Assembly (NCBI GenBank): GCA_002269645.1
Contig: NIVC01003328.1
Coordinates: forward strand, 39,884 to 103,883
DNA: 64,000 bases
Reading direction: 5' to 3'
From: Macrostomum lignano
Lineage: Eukaryota
The position numbers and the translations under genes were made by a program. How positions within the stretch are numbered: position 1 is the first letter of the stretch; each line of letters begins with the position of its first letter. The notes beneath the pieces are model-generated. The model saw nothing but the letters and a program-made list of their open reading frames with translations, was not told the DNA's origin and made no database searches. This document shows, piece by piece, positions 1-12,900 of the stretch.

Positions 1-3000
1 ATAGTTGATTGATACTCGTAGTTGATTGATACTTGTAGTTAATAAATCATTCGTAGTTGATTGACACTCGTAGTTGATTGATACTCGTAGTTGATTGATA
101 CTCATAGTTGATTGACACTCGTAGTTGATTGATACTCGTATTTAATAAATCACTCGTAGTTGATTGATACTCGTATTTAATAAATCACTCGTAGTTGATT
201 GATACTCGTAGTTGATTGATACTCGTAGTTAATAAATCAATCGTAGTTAATAAATCGTTCGTAGTTGATTGATACTCTTAGTTGATTGATACTCGTACTT
301 AATAAATACTCGTAGTTGATTGATACTCGTAGTTGATTGATACTCGTAGTTGATTGATACTCGTAGTTGATTGATACTCAGTTGATTGATACTCGTAGTT
401 GATTGATACTCGTAGTTGATTGATACTCGTAGTTGATTGATACTCGCAGTTGATTGATACTCGTATTTGATTGATACTCGTAGTTGATAAATATTCGTAG
501 TTGATAAATATTCGTATTTGATAAATACTCGTAGTTGATAAATACTCGTAGTTGATTGATACTCCTAGTTAATAAATCACTCGTAGTTAATAAATCGTTC
601 GTAGTTGATTGATACTCTTAGTTGATTGATACTCGTAGTTGATTGATACTTGCAGTTGATTGATACTCGTAGTTGATTGATACTCGTAGTTGATTGATAC
701 TCGTAGTTGATTGATACTTGTAGTTGATTGATACTCGTAGTTGATTGATACTCGTAGTTGATTGATACTCGTAGTTGATTGATACTCGTAGTTAATAAAT
801 CACTCGTAGTTAATAAATCGTTCGTAGTTGATTGATACTCTTAGTTGATTGATACTCGTAGTTGATTGATACTTGCAGTTGATTGATACTCGTAGTTGAT
901 TGATACTCGTAGTTGATTGATACTCGTAGTTGATTGATACTCGTATTTGATTGATACTTGCAGTTGATTGATACTCGTAGTTGATTGATACTCGTAGTTG
1001 ATTGATACTCGTAGTTGATTGATACTCGTAGTTGATTGATACTCGTAGTTCATAAATACTCGTAGTTCATAAATATTCGTATTTGATAAATACTCGTAGC
1101 TGATAAATACTCGTATTGGATAAATACTCGTAGTTGATTGATACTCAGTTGATAGTTACTCGTAGTTGATTGATACTCGTAGTTGATTGATACTCGTAGT
1201 TGATTGATACTCGTAGTTGATTGATACTCGTAGTTAATAAATCATTCGTAGTTGATTGACACTCGTAGTTGATTGACACTCGTAGTTGATTGATACTCGT
1301 ATTTAATAAATCACTCGTAGTTGATTGATACTCGTAGTTCATTGATACTCGTAGTTAATAAATACTCGTAGTTGATTGATACTCGTAGTTGATTGGTACT
1401 CGTAGTTGATTGATACTCAGTTGATTGATACTCGTAGTTGATTGATACTCGTAGTTGATTGATACTCGTAGTTGATTGATACTCGTAGTTGATTGATACT
1501 CGTATTTGATTGATACTCGTAGTTGATAAATACTCGTAGTTGATTGATACTCCTAGTTAATAAATCACTCGTAGTTAATAAATCGTTCGTAGTTGATTGA
1601 TACTCAGTTGATTGATACTCGTAGTTGATTGATACTCGTAGTTGATAAATATTCGTAGTTGATAAATATTCGTAGTTGATAAATATTCGTATTTGATAAA
1701 TACTCGTAGTTGATAAATACTCGTAGTTGATTGATACTCCTAGTTAATAAATCACTCGTAGTTAATAAATCGTTCGTAGTTGATTGATACTCTTAGTTGA
1801 TTGATACTCGTAGTTAATAAATCACTCGTAGTTGATTGATACTCGTAGTTGATTGATACTCGTAGTTGATTGATACTCATAGTTGATTGATACTCGTAGT
1901 TGATTGATACTTGTAGTTAATAAATCATTCGTAGTTGATTGACACTCGTAGTTGATTGATACTCGTATTTAATAAATCACTCGTAGTTGATTGATACTCG
2001 TAGTTGATTGATACTCATAGTTGATTGATACTCGTAGTTGATTGATACTTGTAGTTAATAAATCATTCGTAGTTGATTGATACTCGTAGTTGATTGATAC
2101 TCGTATTTAATAAATCACTCGTAGTTGATTGATACTCGTAGTTGATTGATACTCGTAGTTGATTGATACTCGTAGTTGATTGATACTCGTAGTTAATAAA
2201 TCAATCGTAGTTAATAAATCGTTCGTAGTTGATTGATACTCTTAGTTGATTGATACTCGTACTTAATAAATACTCTTAGTTGATTGATACTCGTAGTTGA
2301 TTGATACTCGTAGTTGATTGATACTCGTAGTTGATTGATACTCAGTTGATTGATACTCTTAGTTGATTGATACTCGTAGTTGATAAATATTCGTAGTTGA
2401 TAAATATTCGTAGTTGATAAATACTCGTAGTTGATAAATACTCGTAGTTGATTGATACTTGCAGTTGATTGATACTCGTAGTTGATTGATACTCGTAGTT
2501 GATTGATACTCGTAGTTGATTGATACTCGTAGTTGATTGATACTCGTAGTTGATTGATACTCGTAGTTGATTGATACTCGTAGTTAATAAATCACTCGTA
2601 GTTAATAAATCGTTCGTAGTTGATTGATACTCGTAGTTGATTGATACTCGTATTTGATTGATACTCGTAGTTGATAAATATTCGTAGTTGATAAATATTC
2701 GTATTTGATAAATACTCGTAGTTGATAAATACTCGTAGTTGATTGATACTCGTAGTTGATTGATACTCGTAGTTGATTGATACTCGTAGTTGATTGATAC
2801 TCGTAGTTAATAAATCACTCGTAGTTAATAAATCGTTCGTAGTTGATTGATACTTGCAGTTGATTGATACTCGTAGTTGATTGATACTCGTAGTTGATTG
2901 ATACTCGTAGTTGATTGATACTCGTATTTGATTGATACTTGCAGTTGATTGATACTCGTAGTTGATTGATACTCGTAGTTGATTGATACTCGTAGTTGAT

Positions 3001-4110
3001 TGATACTCGTATTTGATTGATACTCGTAGTTGATAAATATTCGTAGTTGATAAATATTCGTATTTGATAAATACTCGTAGTTGATAAATACTCGTAGTTG
3101 ATTGATACTCGTAGTTGATTGATACTCGTAGTTGATTGATACTCGTAGTTGATAAATACTCGTAGTTCATAAATATTCGTATTTGATAAATACTCGTAGC
3201 TGATAAATACTCGTAGTTGATAAATACTCGTAGTTGATTGATACTCGTAGTTGATTGATACTCGTAGTTGATTGATACTCGTAGTTGATAAATACTCGTA
3301 GTTCATAAATATTCGTATTTGATAAATACTCGTAGTTGATTGATACTCGTAGTTAATAAATCACTCGTAGTTGATGGATACTCAGTTGATAGTTACTCGT
3401 AGTTGATTGATACTCGTAGTTGATTGATACTCGTATTTGATTGATACTCGTAGTTGATAAATATTCGTAGTTGATTGATACTCGTAGTTGATTGATACTC
3501 GTAGTTCATAAATACTCGTAGTTCATAAATATTCGTATTTGATAAATACTCGTAGCTGATAAATACTCGTATTGGATAAATACTCGTAGTTGATTGATAC
3601 TCGTAGTTAATAAATCACTCGTAGTTGATGGATACTCAGTTGATAGTTACTCGTAGTTGATTGATACTCGTAGTTGATTGATACTCGCAGTTGATTGATA
3701 CTCGTATTAGGTATTTGATAAATACTCGTAGTTGATAGATAATCGTAGTTGATTGATACTCGTAGTTAATAAATCACTCGTAGTTAATAAATCGTTCGTA
3801 GTTGATTGATACTCGTAGTTGATTGATACTCGTAGTTGATAAATACTCGTAGTTGATTGATACTCGTAGTTGATTGATACTCGTAGTTGATAAATACTCG
3901 TAGTTGATTGATACTCGTAATTGATAAATACTCGTAGTTGATTGATACTCGTAGTTGATTGATACTCGCAGTTGATTGATACTCGTAGTTGATTGATACT
4001 CGTAGTTGATTGATACTCGTAGTTGATTGATACTCGTATTTGATAAATACTCGTAGTTGATTGATACTCGTAGTTGATAAATACTCGTATTTGATAGATA
4101 ATCGTAGTTG
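1..4110. repeat. 17-bp tandem satellite, consensus GATACTCGTAGTTGATT, with 16-19 bp variants; runs off the window start
   Basis: Directly visible. The minus-strand ORFs repeat a 17-aa string (YEYQSTTSINQLRVSIN = 3 units, 51 bp). Confidence 0.97.
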
Positions 4111-4967
4111 AGTTACTCGCAGCTGGTGCACAACTTGCATGGCTGACGTCTTGGTCGGTCTATTGACCGGTTCCTGGCATTCGCCAGTGACTGAATCTCT
4201 GCGGCTGCCTGGAGTTTCTGTACTCAGGCATTCTCAGATCCCGTCTACGTTCTCAGAGCTGTTGTTCCCCCCGGGTTGCCCCCACAAAACACTCCGTTTC
4301 TCCCCCCTCATCTGCTTTCATGCGGCTCTCTGTCCTCGTAAGGGGAGTTTTCTAAGAAACACCGCGGCCCCAGCGACCCAGAACCGGCCTTCCTCCTCTC
4401 CGTTCCCTATTGAAATCTGCTCACGCAGTCCCGGCTATTGAAACTGCCCCGCTAGACCTGCGATGGCGCGTTTCCTCGCAAATCTGGACTACAAGAGCCC
4501 AGCTTCCGGCGCGGAAATTGCTAATAAATGTCAGCATGCAAATTAGGGGGCTCAGCGCTGGGGCCTGAGCTTGAGTCCGCCCGCCCGCACGCTCAGACAC
4601 GCACGACTCAATAAGCTCCGGTCCGGGGGAGCGCCGGTGAGGATTAAGATAAATGGGACAGGCCCGGCGCTGGAGGTGGCTCTTTGTCACCCGGCCTCCC
4701 CAAGATGGATTGTTTGGTGAAGGAAACTCGCGTGTAAATCACCGCCTCGCTAGCAGCAACAACGGCCGATTAAGGCCCGATGGCGTGCGCGCAACAAACC
4801 TCAGGGCGCCGGGCTCCTTCCATTTCCTGACCCCTGCGCCCCCAGCCTCCCTTGCCTGTCTGCTCTTCATCTTCTCCGGCTTCCTCGCAGATGTGGGTCC
4901 TGAGTGTTTTTTTGCTCTCAGTTTCCGGGGCTCTGAATTTGAATTGAAATTTTCCTGTTTTCTTGAA

Positions 4968-5334
4968 ATTGTCTTAGGTGAGATTCTCTTGAGATTGTCT
5001 TGGGTGAGTTTCTCTTGAGGTTGTCTTGGGTGAGATTCTTTTGAGATTGTCTTGAAAAGATTCTCTTGAGATTTTCTTAGGTGAGATTGTCGTGGGTGAG
5101 ATTCTCTTGAGCTTGTCTTATGTGAGATTGTCTTGGGTGAGATTCTCTTGAGCTTGCTTGTCTTATGTGAGATTGTCTTGGGTGAGATTCTCTTGAGCTT
5201 GTCTTATGTGAGATTGTCTTGGGTGAGATTCTCTTGAGCTTGTCTTGGGTGAGATTCTCTTGAGTTTGTCTTGGGTGAGATTCTCTTGAGCTTGTCTTGG
5301 GTGAGATTCTCTTGAGCTTGTCTTATGTGAGATT
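4968..5334. repeat. ~26-bp minisatellite TTGTCTTGGGTGAGATTCTCTTGAGC with 15-bp sub-units
   Basis: About 14 imperfect tandem units are visible. Confidence 0.9.
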
Positions 5335-8168
5335 ATTGTGAAACTATCATATGAATATTTTTGAGCTTATCCTATCTAAGATTCTGCAAATTATGATCGT
5401 CAAATGCATGTTAATGACGCGATTAATGAGCAGGTAGACAAGTAGATTGCCATCTAGTATAGCCTATATAAACTTACGCTTTGTAGTCAGTCAGCGTTGA
5501 TTTGAAAGCCTGTGACGTGCGGCTTCCTGGCTGAAATCTTGGCCTGACTGCCTTGAACTTTGGCATTCATTTTTTCAATCTTTTTTCATTCGTTCCGCCT
5601 CGCGCGTCACAGCCGGTGATGCAGGGGGCGACTTGTTTTTCTTTTTTCTCTGCTTTGTTATTCATTTCGCATCCAGCCGGAGGGGCTGACAAGTCAAACT
5701 GAGCAAACAGCCCGAAGGTAGGCGTTTTTGTTGAACTCTAAATTTGAAATGGTACGAGCTAGTATTAGAATTGTGAAACCTTCGAGTCGGCCTTGCTCAG
5801 CTTGACTCGGCTCAGCTCGAGTCGGTTGGCTATGAGAAAATTAAAAGCAACTCCAGTTCGGGAAGCGGGGGATGAGGATTGGAATTGAGCCGTCCTGACG
5901 CAAGCTGGCGGGCGGGGCCGACTGTTACGTCATAAGCCGGGCTGTTTGTCTGTCGCAGATTGAATTTTTGACGCTTATTATGAGCTCGAGAAGCCGACTG
6001 GGGGCTGGGATTGGGATGAGCTTGAGCAGCCCTTTCGGTGTTGAGTTCGGGCTGAGTCGGGACTGCTGGTTACTGGGCCATTACCAACGGGCGGGGGTTG
6101 ACAGGGCAGAGAGACAGCTAGCGGGCCGGCTCATCAGACTGGAGCTGCAATGCTTGGGCGCATTTAAAGGCACTTAATTACCATGGGGCTGCTGCAGCCG
6201 GCCGGCCTCTCAAGGAGGCCCCCCTCCCGTGGCAGCGAAGTTTCACTGAGCGGAAATCATTTAGACAGAGGCGTAATGAGAAGTGAATTGTCTCCTTCCG
6301 CCAGCCAGCGCCTCCCAAGCGGCCCCCTGTAGCTGGCCGGCCCTCTTTGATCTGATCGGCTACAAATCGCTTCTTAATACTTGGCCGGGCCGTGGCCATG
6401 ATGAAATATTCAACGCGCCTTCGGGACCGGCCGTGACTCACCCCGACTCTCGCCTGCTGTGCGATCAACTTTGGCCAAGCTGTTCTGTTCTGTCATTAAA
6501 GAGGCGGGCGATTATAAAGTTTAGAAACTTTCTTTGAGTCAATCACGGACTAGGCGGTGCGACTATTTTGATGCAGCATCAGCTTCCACAAGCTCCTAAC
6601 GCTCTCTACGTTGCAGCCCGAACCCTAACCCAGCTTTTGAATTTCGTAGCATATCCATGATGTCTTATATAGCCTTTTTACTCACAATCCCCTTCTAATC
6701 AGGCCTGAAACTCACAAGCTTAACACCCGTTCCCAGTTTTCCAACTCCAAGAATTACAAACTTTCTAAATCCCAAATTAGAAAGCACCAGAACTTTCCAA
6801 AGCTAAAAAAATCATGACTGAATCAACCTCCAAGACTTGAATCAGAAGCTTCCTAAATCCCATTTTTCGTGATTCGTGAACTCCAATGTGGCGGTGTCTG
6901 GTGCATGAAGACAGATATTCACAGGCTTTACTATTCATTCCTGTCTGCAGAGAGCTGTCCGATGAGCTCAGTCTGCATACACTTGGCGGCATTAATTGGT
7001 CCTGGACTCCTGGCTCAGCCACAAAAATCCGTCTTTCTTGCTTGTGGCTCATTTTGAACTGTTTGCTTAATGCGATCGCCCCATTCTCTGTTGTCAATTA
7101 CTAGAAGGAGTTGCCATGCCGCAGTTGTGACAGGCCGGTGGTTGAGACGCCGACTCAATCAAGTTGAGAATGTTGAGCCTTTAAATAGCAACTTTTAATA
7201 GGCCTATCCATAGTTCTGTTTCATATGGAACCTGCGGGCTATGCGGCTGCGATGTTTATCTACTGCGGGGCGGAGGTCGCAGACGGCCGCCTCAGCAGGC
7301 CAACGCAGATCTGGCGTGTCGATATTGCGAGTTTTCCCTTGATTTATCGCCTTGTTTTCCCTTGCCAACTGCCGCCCCGCGCCATTCCAAAACACTGCAG
7401 GGCCATTCTATATTGCCGTCCCCGCCTCAACTTGCAAGACGTTGATAAAGCGATTGAGGCCATTATTTAGCGAGGATTTTTTTAAGCGGCAGTGGAAGGT
7501 GGAGAAAATTGTGCAGCCAACTTAACTATGAGCGCAAAGAAATCCTGGGATTAAAATCCCAACTAATCTTAAGGAAATGCGAGCAATAAAATAGCGAATT
7601 TTGAGTTTCTGATGGCTGCCGGCTGGCTATCGGCTGTCAGGCCGGCAGTTCTGTGCGTGTATTTTGTGTTTAAGACTGTCCCTCTGCTTCTGCTATGCTT
7701 TGAAATTGCTTTTTTATATGCGCTTTCGGAATGGGGGGGTCCGAGCTCGCTGATGGGGCGGCAAGAGCAGATTAGGAATAGGGAAGAGTTTTAGGGTCAA
7801 GCAGAAATCGAGATAAGACTGCACAGTCTCACGGCTATCTTTTTATACATGTGTGGGATTTCCGTGTTTGACGAATAAAAGCAGAATTTACAGAAAAAAG
7901 ACAACAGTTCGCAAATTCGGACCGAGCTTGGCCTAGTGCCGACCTCAGTCCGTATGCAAGCAATATGGCCTAAGCATTGTATAATAGATTTATGCATGAA
8001 ACCTGTATAGTCAACACGATTAGATATATATGATATGGTAATAATACGGTGGGCATTGCATGCGCTACCTACGGCCCTGCGGCCTTTTGCTATGTTCTTG
8101 GGAAAGTCCCAACTGTGTTCTGCAAAGTGAGTCAATTGTTTAGGTATGTAATTATCAGCTTAAAAATG

Positions 8169-9447
8169 TCACGTGTCGGGCGAGTCGGCGGCAGCAACGG
8201 CAGCCGGAGTTTCTGCCGTCGGGCTCGTCGGCGATGTTGCCGTGGTCGCTGGTGTGGGCGGCTTGGGACTGGGGAAGAGGCCGCTTGGCGGGATCAGCGG
8301 CAGCTGCGGCCGCGATAGCGGGAATGTTGGCGGCGGCTGAGGCTGTGACGGTGGCGACTGCTGGGCGGTTGTGCATCTGGGCGGCGGTGGCAGAGCGCCG
8401 AGAGGCGGCGGTGCAGCGGAGGCGACAGCGGCAGCAGCACTGGCGCGGCAGATCATGTCCATGTTGGCGATGACCTGATGCGCGCCCGGGTGGAAGGCCC
8501 AGTAGGGATTGGTCTGCAGGATGCGCTGCACCGCGGCAAAGTTGCCGGCCTCGGCCAGAAGTTCCAGGCCGACCGCTGTCTGCCGTTTCCACTTCGTCCT
8601 GGGCGGTGGGGTTTAGAAAATCATTTTTGCTTTTGTTTGCTTTGTAGCTTGAGAAATGGGCCCTTAACTAATAAAGGTGCTGATATTAATGACAGTCTCA
8701 CCTGCGATTCTGGTACCAGGTTTGACTTGAGTATCGGTTAGATTCAGCCTCGCCGCCAGCTCCATCCGGTCCTGCACGCTGAGGTACTTCTGCCTTTCAA
8801 ACGCCCGCTCTAGCTCGTTCAGCTGGTTGTCCGAGAAGGCGGTGCGCGCCTTGCGCGGCTTCTTTGCTTTCTGATCCCGGTGGTGCATTCCTGTATTGGA
8901 AAGATCGAAGTCAATAAATTAGATATAACTACACCAGTTTAGCTCAATCTTGGGAATTTTATCCACCCGAAAGCCCGCACTCACTGGCTTCGTGTCCGCC
9001 GCTTCTGTCGCCAGCGTGCCCTGCAAACTTTTCACCAGCGCCGCCTCCGCCAGCCGCCCCGGAACCGCGCGACCACTTCGCCTCCAGCAGATCGTCGTCT
9101 TCTTCTTCGTCCATCTCGTCGTCGTCTTCATCATCCTCGATGACGGCGTCTTCGGGCTCGCCAATCGAGCGTCTGCGCTCGTCCCCGCTGCCACCGTCGC
9201 CAGCGCTGTTATTGTTTGAGTCGCCGCCCAGGATGTCAGTAATCATGAAACCGGTTGTCCGCCTGCGGACCTGTACGGAGGGCCGTGTTACCATTACTGC
9301 CGCAGCCGCTGCAGCGGCCGCCGACACTATAGCTTCGGCCTTTTCTGTGGCTTGCTCCACTGCGTCCTCGGTAGCAGCTTCGGTTGTCTCTGCATTGTCG
9401 CGATATTCCGCTGACATTGTGGCTGTAAGGCGTCTCACTGCCGGCAT
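8169..9447 (-). CDS. BarH: BarH-like homeobox transcription factor, 3 exons (9447-8985, 8890-8702, 8598-8169), with an apparent 1-nt deletion at 8721-8723
   Basis: eh1 motif FMITDIL; homeodomain [48 protein letters not shown](T)[25 protein letters not shown], which is BarH-diagnostic. Both introns are GT-AG. Exons sum to 1082 nt; adding 1 nt gives 361 codons. The start could instead be the ATG at 9417. Confidence 0.93.
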
Positions 9448-9922
9448 GCTGCTGTCTGCTGAGCTGCTTTGCTGGCTTCGGCTAGAGGGAATATCAGTTG
9501 CGATTTCTACCAGCAACAACGATTTTGGTGCGATGAGTAGCGAGCTCTTGAGGCCACTTTTATGTTCGGGAGGAAGGGGTCGTTTGAGAAGAGGGTTGGG
9601 CGGCGCTGGGGATGGGGTTGCTGGCTTGGGGTGGGAGGCCCGCGTTGATGGGAAATATTTCCGCTCGGCTTGTCTGATTTGCTCGGCCGCAAATGGGCTC
9701 GGGGATGAGGCGGTGCGGAGCTGCCGGCGGATGAGGTGACGAAGATAGGACACTTTTCCTGGCCGCTTGTACAATTCCGTCAGTCAGTGAAGGGAAAGCT
9801 TTTATCGCCGACTCTGAGACCTCTTGATAAAGCGGCGGGGGCCACACTCCTCACTTAATCAGGGGAAGAGAGCTGGGTGGGGCGCGGAATGGGAACTGGA
9901 TGGGACGCCCCCGTGTGGTCGC

Positions 9923-9968
9923 CCAATCAGAACTAATTGCTATTGGCTGCAAGCCGGCGCTATCCAAT
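9923..9968 (-). promoter_or_regulatory. Cluster of three CCAAT boxes upstream of BarH
   Basis: CCAAT at 9923, ATTGG at 9942 and CCAAT at 9964, about 500 bp upstream of the ATG. Confidence 0.4.
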
Positions 9969-12900
9969 CATGGGCAGATTAAGTGAGCTTTGATCAGCTT
10001 TTACTGCTGTCGATTATCGGCTGTGGAGAGTCGACACTGATGGGGAAGCCGAGGGGCCGCCTGTCAGCTGTGATTTGCAAACGGTCTCTCCCTCCCGGAG
10101 ACTGGCTCAGAAGTGTCTCTCGTTTCTAAGCCCCTCTCTTTCTTTTCCTGTCTCTTCACACACAATTCTCAGCGTCTTTTAAGTGGGCAAAGGAATTAGG
10201 GGAAGAGTTGCTGCCCCCGCCTGGGTCCTCTTTCTATTCCCCTTTCCCTCATCTCGCGTCCCCCAGCGGATTTCCTCGCTGCCACTTCCAGCTATTCCTA
10301 TTTTCTATCCCAGAAGTGGCCAGTCCCCCTTCGGAGACTCATTCGCTCCTGGCGGGTCGGGGTTGGCGTGGCCGCTCGACCATGCGAAATTGTCACGGCC
10401 GCTCTGTCTGGCTTGCCACTTTCCCCGGCTGTATCGCTTGAAGGCTTGTAAAAATGAGGCAGGGTCGAATTTGTGCAAAGCAATAGCACAGAGTCCGGTC
10501 CGCATAGGACGATCGTAGCGACGATCGCATAGGAAAAGCTCCCCTATTTTTGTTTAGCAAGTCTCCGTGTTACCGTGTACCACGTGAAAGTCACAGCAGT
10601 TTGCTGCGGTAATTAGCTGTCGGCCCCGATCTGCAATTGTCGATATTGACCCTTGGGGTTCTCGCGAGTGACGCCCGCGTCAAGGATGCCTGTCTGAGAT
10701 TTTGAGCTGGCGAGTGCAGTACAAACTAGCGGATCAACTGGCTGCTGCGAGACCCCATAGCTAATCGAATGCAGCCTCCGGGGGGCCGAGCTCTCTACCC
10801 CTGCCATGTCCCTTTTTGTGTTCGCCAAATAAATGAAATATTTAGCAATTTAATTAGCAAAAAGTCAGTCTCTCGGGAGCCTTCTGATTATGCTAATTAG
10901 CTGCTTGAATCCAGCCATCGGAGCTGTTCAATTTTCGCTTTTCACGATAGGGGCTTTGCACGCCTGAGTTGGCGTGAGTGCCGCCAATGCAAACTGACTG
11001 CTGCCGCATCCCCGGGGCTCTCGGGCGCTGCCGCGGCTCCTCACTTGTCATGCACGGCGCGGGTTGGGAGGGGCTTATCAGGCCATCAGGCCTGTCTACA
11101 CTCTGTAGCCCTGGGGCGGCGGCGGCCCGTCGGAGTCTGCGGCATGGCTAGGATTGATGCCGGACCTGGCATCAAGTGTCTGCGACTCACCAGCTTCGGG
11201 GCGATTCGCCGCAGTGAGACAGAAAGAAATGTATAAAGGTGACACGGACATATCTTTGCTGGGATATTTCTCCCTTGCATCTTTATCTGGCCAGGGCGCA
11301 GTGTCGCGCCTGGTAGCCATGCTATTATCTCTGCGTGTGTTGCTAGTCTCCCTAATCTCCCGCTGATCCCCCGACCTTGTTTCTCGCTTCCCTGTCAAAT
11401 CGCCTCTTCGTCTGTGTACATTTCTCTGTCCAGAAATGTCATGCAATTTACTGCACAGCGTGACTGAAAACAAGTTTTGTGCTTTTTCGCCTCTGAAACT
11501 TTAAATAACTTGTTGCCATGCCTAGTTGCAAGCTATAAGGTGCTAATTGATTTGGGAACTCCACTCGTGTAAACAACAAAGTGTGAGCAAATAAGAAACC
11601 TGCCTCTTTAATCTCCCAAATTGCTTTGTTTGCCTGCGTGTTTTACACTGTCTACTTTGGCTGCAAATTTAATTGCGACTTCATCGGAGATGCCATCTTG
11701 TCTTTTTGTGTGCGCCCGTCTTCGCATGCACAGCTCATCTCGGCCAAAGTGTCCCACGGGGAATATCTCAATCTGCCGAAATCATGGCTTCGCTTTTCAC
11801 TCCGTTTTCCTTGAGTTCTCCTGCTATCAGTTTCTCTCTCTCTCTCGGCCTGAATTGAGCCTAAATTGAGTTGAGTGTGTGACGCATTGGACAATGTTAT
11901 ATTGCTGGCGCCGTGATCTTTGCTTGGCCCTGGGATGTCTTTCTGTCTGCGACTCTCGACTCCGCTAAGAGGCCGATCATTATCAAGCAAAATTGTGTTT
12001 TTTGTGTTCCACCCCCTCCCCCTTATTCTACCCACTTCCCCTTGCTCCATTGATAGCTCGAGTGACTCATAACTGCATGAATATGGCTATGAAATGAAAA
12101 TGTCTCAATTTCGTTATTTCGCTGGAGTCCCGCCCGCCTGCCACCTGTCCAAGTCCCCTACTCCCCTGTCCAATGCCCTGTCTGTCCCCTGATGGGGAGA
12201 ATTTCCCCGGAGTTCTCTCAATTCGCCATTATCCCCCTTCCGACGTTTCGCATTTATTGCAGAGCCACTTAGAAGTAATGAGGCCGGGCTGTTGTAAGAT
12301 TTTTTTAGTTGTTGTTCCCCGTCCCGCTCGCTTCCCCTGATCATTTATTAACCATGCTGGATTGTCTGCGCACGCCTCATTTCACAGCTTAGCCCCCCTT
12401 AAGTCTGCTAGCGATTGCTGTCTACTTGTCAGTAGCCAGTTGCCACTGACTCAGCCCCCCCCCCAATCGAACGCAGTCAGCCGCTTTCTCACTCCGTTTA
12501 TTCTTCGGCCCGAGCGCTCATTGCATTGCATTCTCTCCATAGCGGGCCTTGAATTATTAACCTGTCGCCTGACCGCCCGATGCCGTGTCTCGCGGCAGTG
12601 AACATTGTGTTTCGATAAACATCGCAGCCCCGCTAACATGCTGCAGTTATCCCGGTGTTTATTGCCTACCTCGATTGTCTCCTGCTTGGTTGCTGAGCAC
12701 GCAATTTTCATCTTGGCTGGCTCTGTTCTACCAGTATCGCTCTACCAGCATTGCTAACCTCACTGATTGACTCATTGGCTTCTTTATCCGCCTGTTTGTG
12801 ACACTCGGACTCCGGGATGAATCAAAGTTAAGATGCTGAGGCAGACTCGGGGGAGCGTGAGGGCGGCCTGTAATGCGCGCTGCCCACGCCCGGCTGCCCC

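Noticed and set aside
841-4140. Long minus-strand ORFs (YEYQSTTSINQLRVSIN repeats)
   Set aside because: The 17-bp satellite unit lacks stops on that strand; the ORFs are a repeat artefact.
8950-9739. Plus-strand ORFs opposite BarH (likewise 18975-19871, 20815-21198, 48426-49049, 61448-62281)
   Set aside because: Antisense shadows of GC-rich coding exons with no family motifs.
9448-9774. 110-aa N-terminal extension of BarH from the ORF track
   Set aside because: It begins at TTG, not ATG; more likely 5'UTR.
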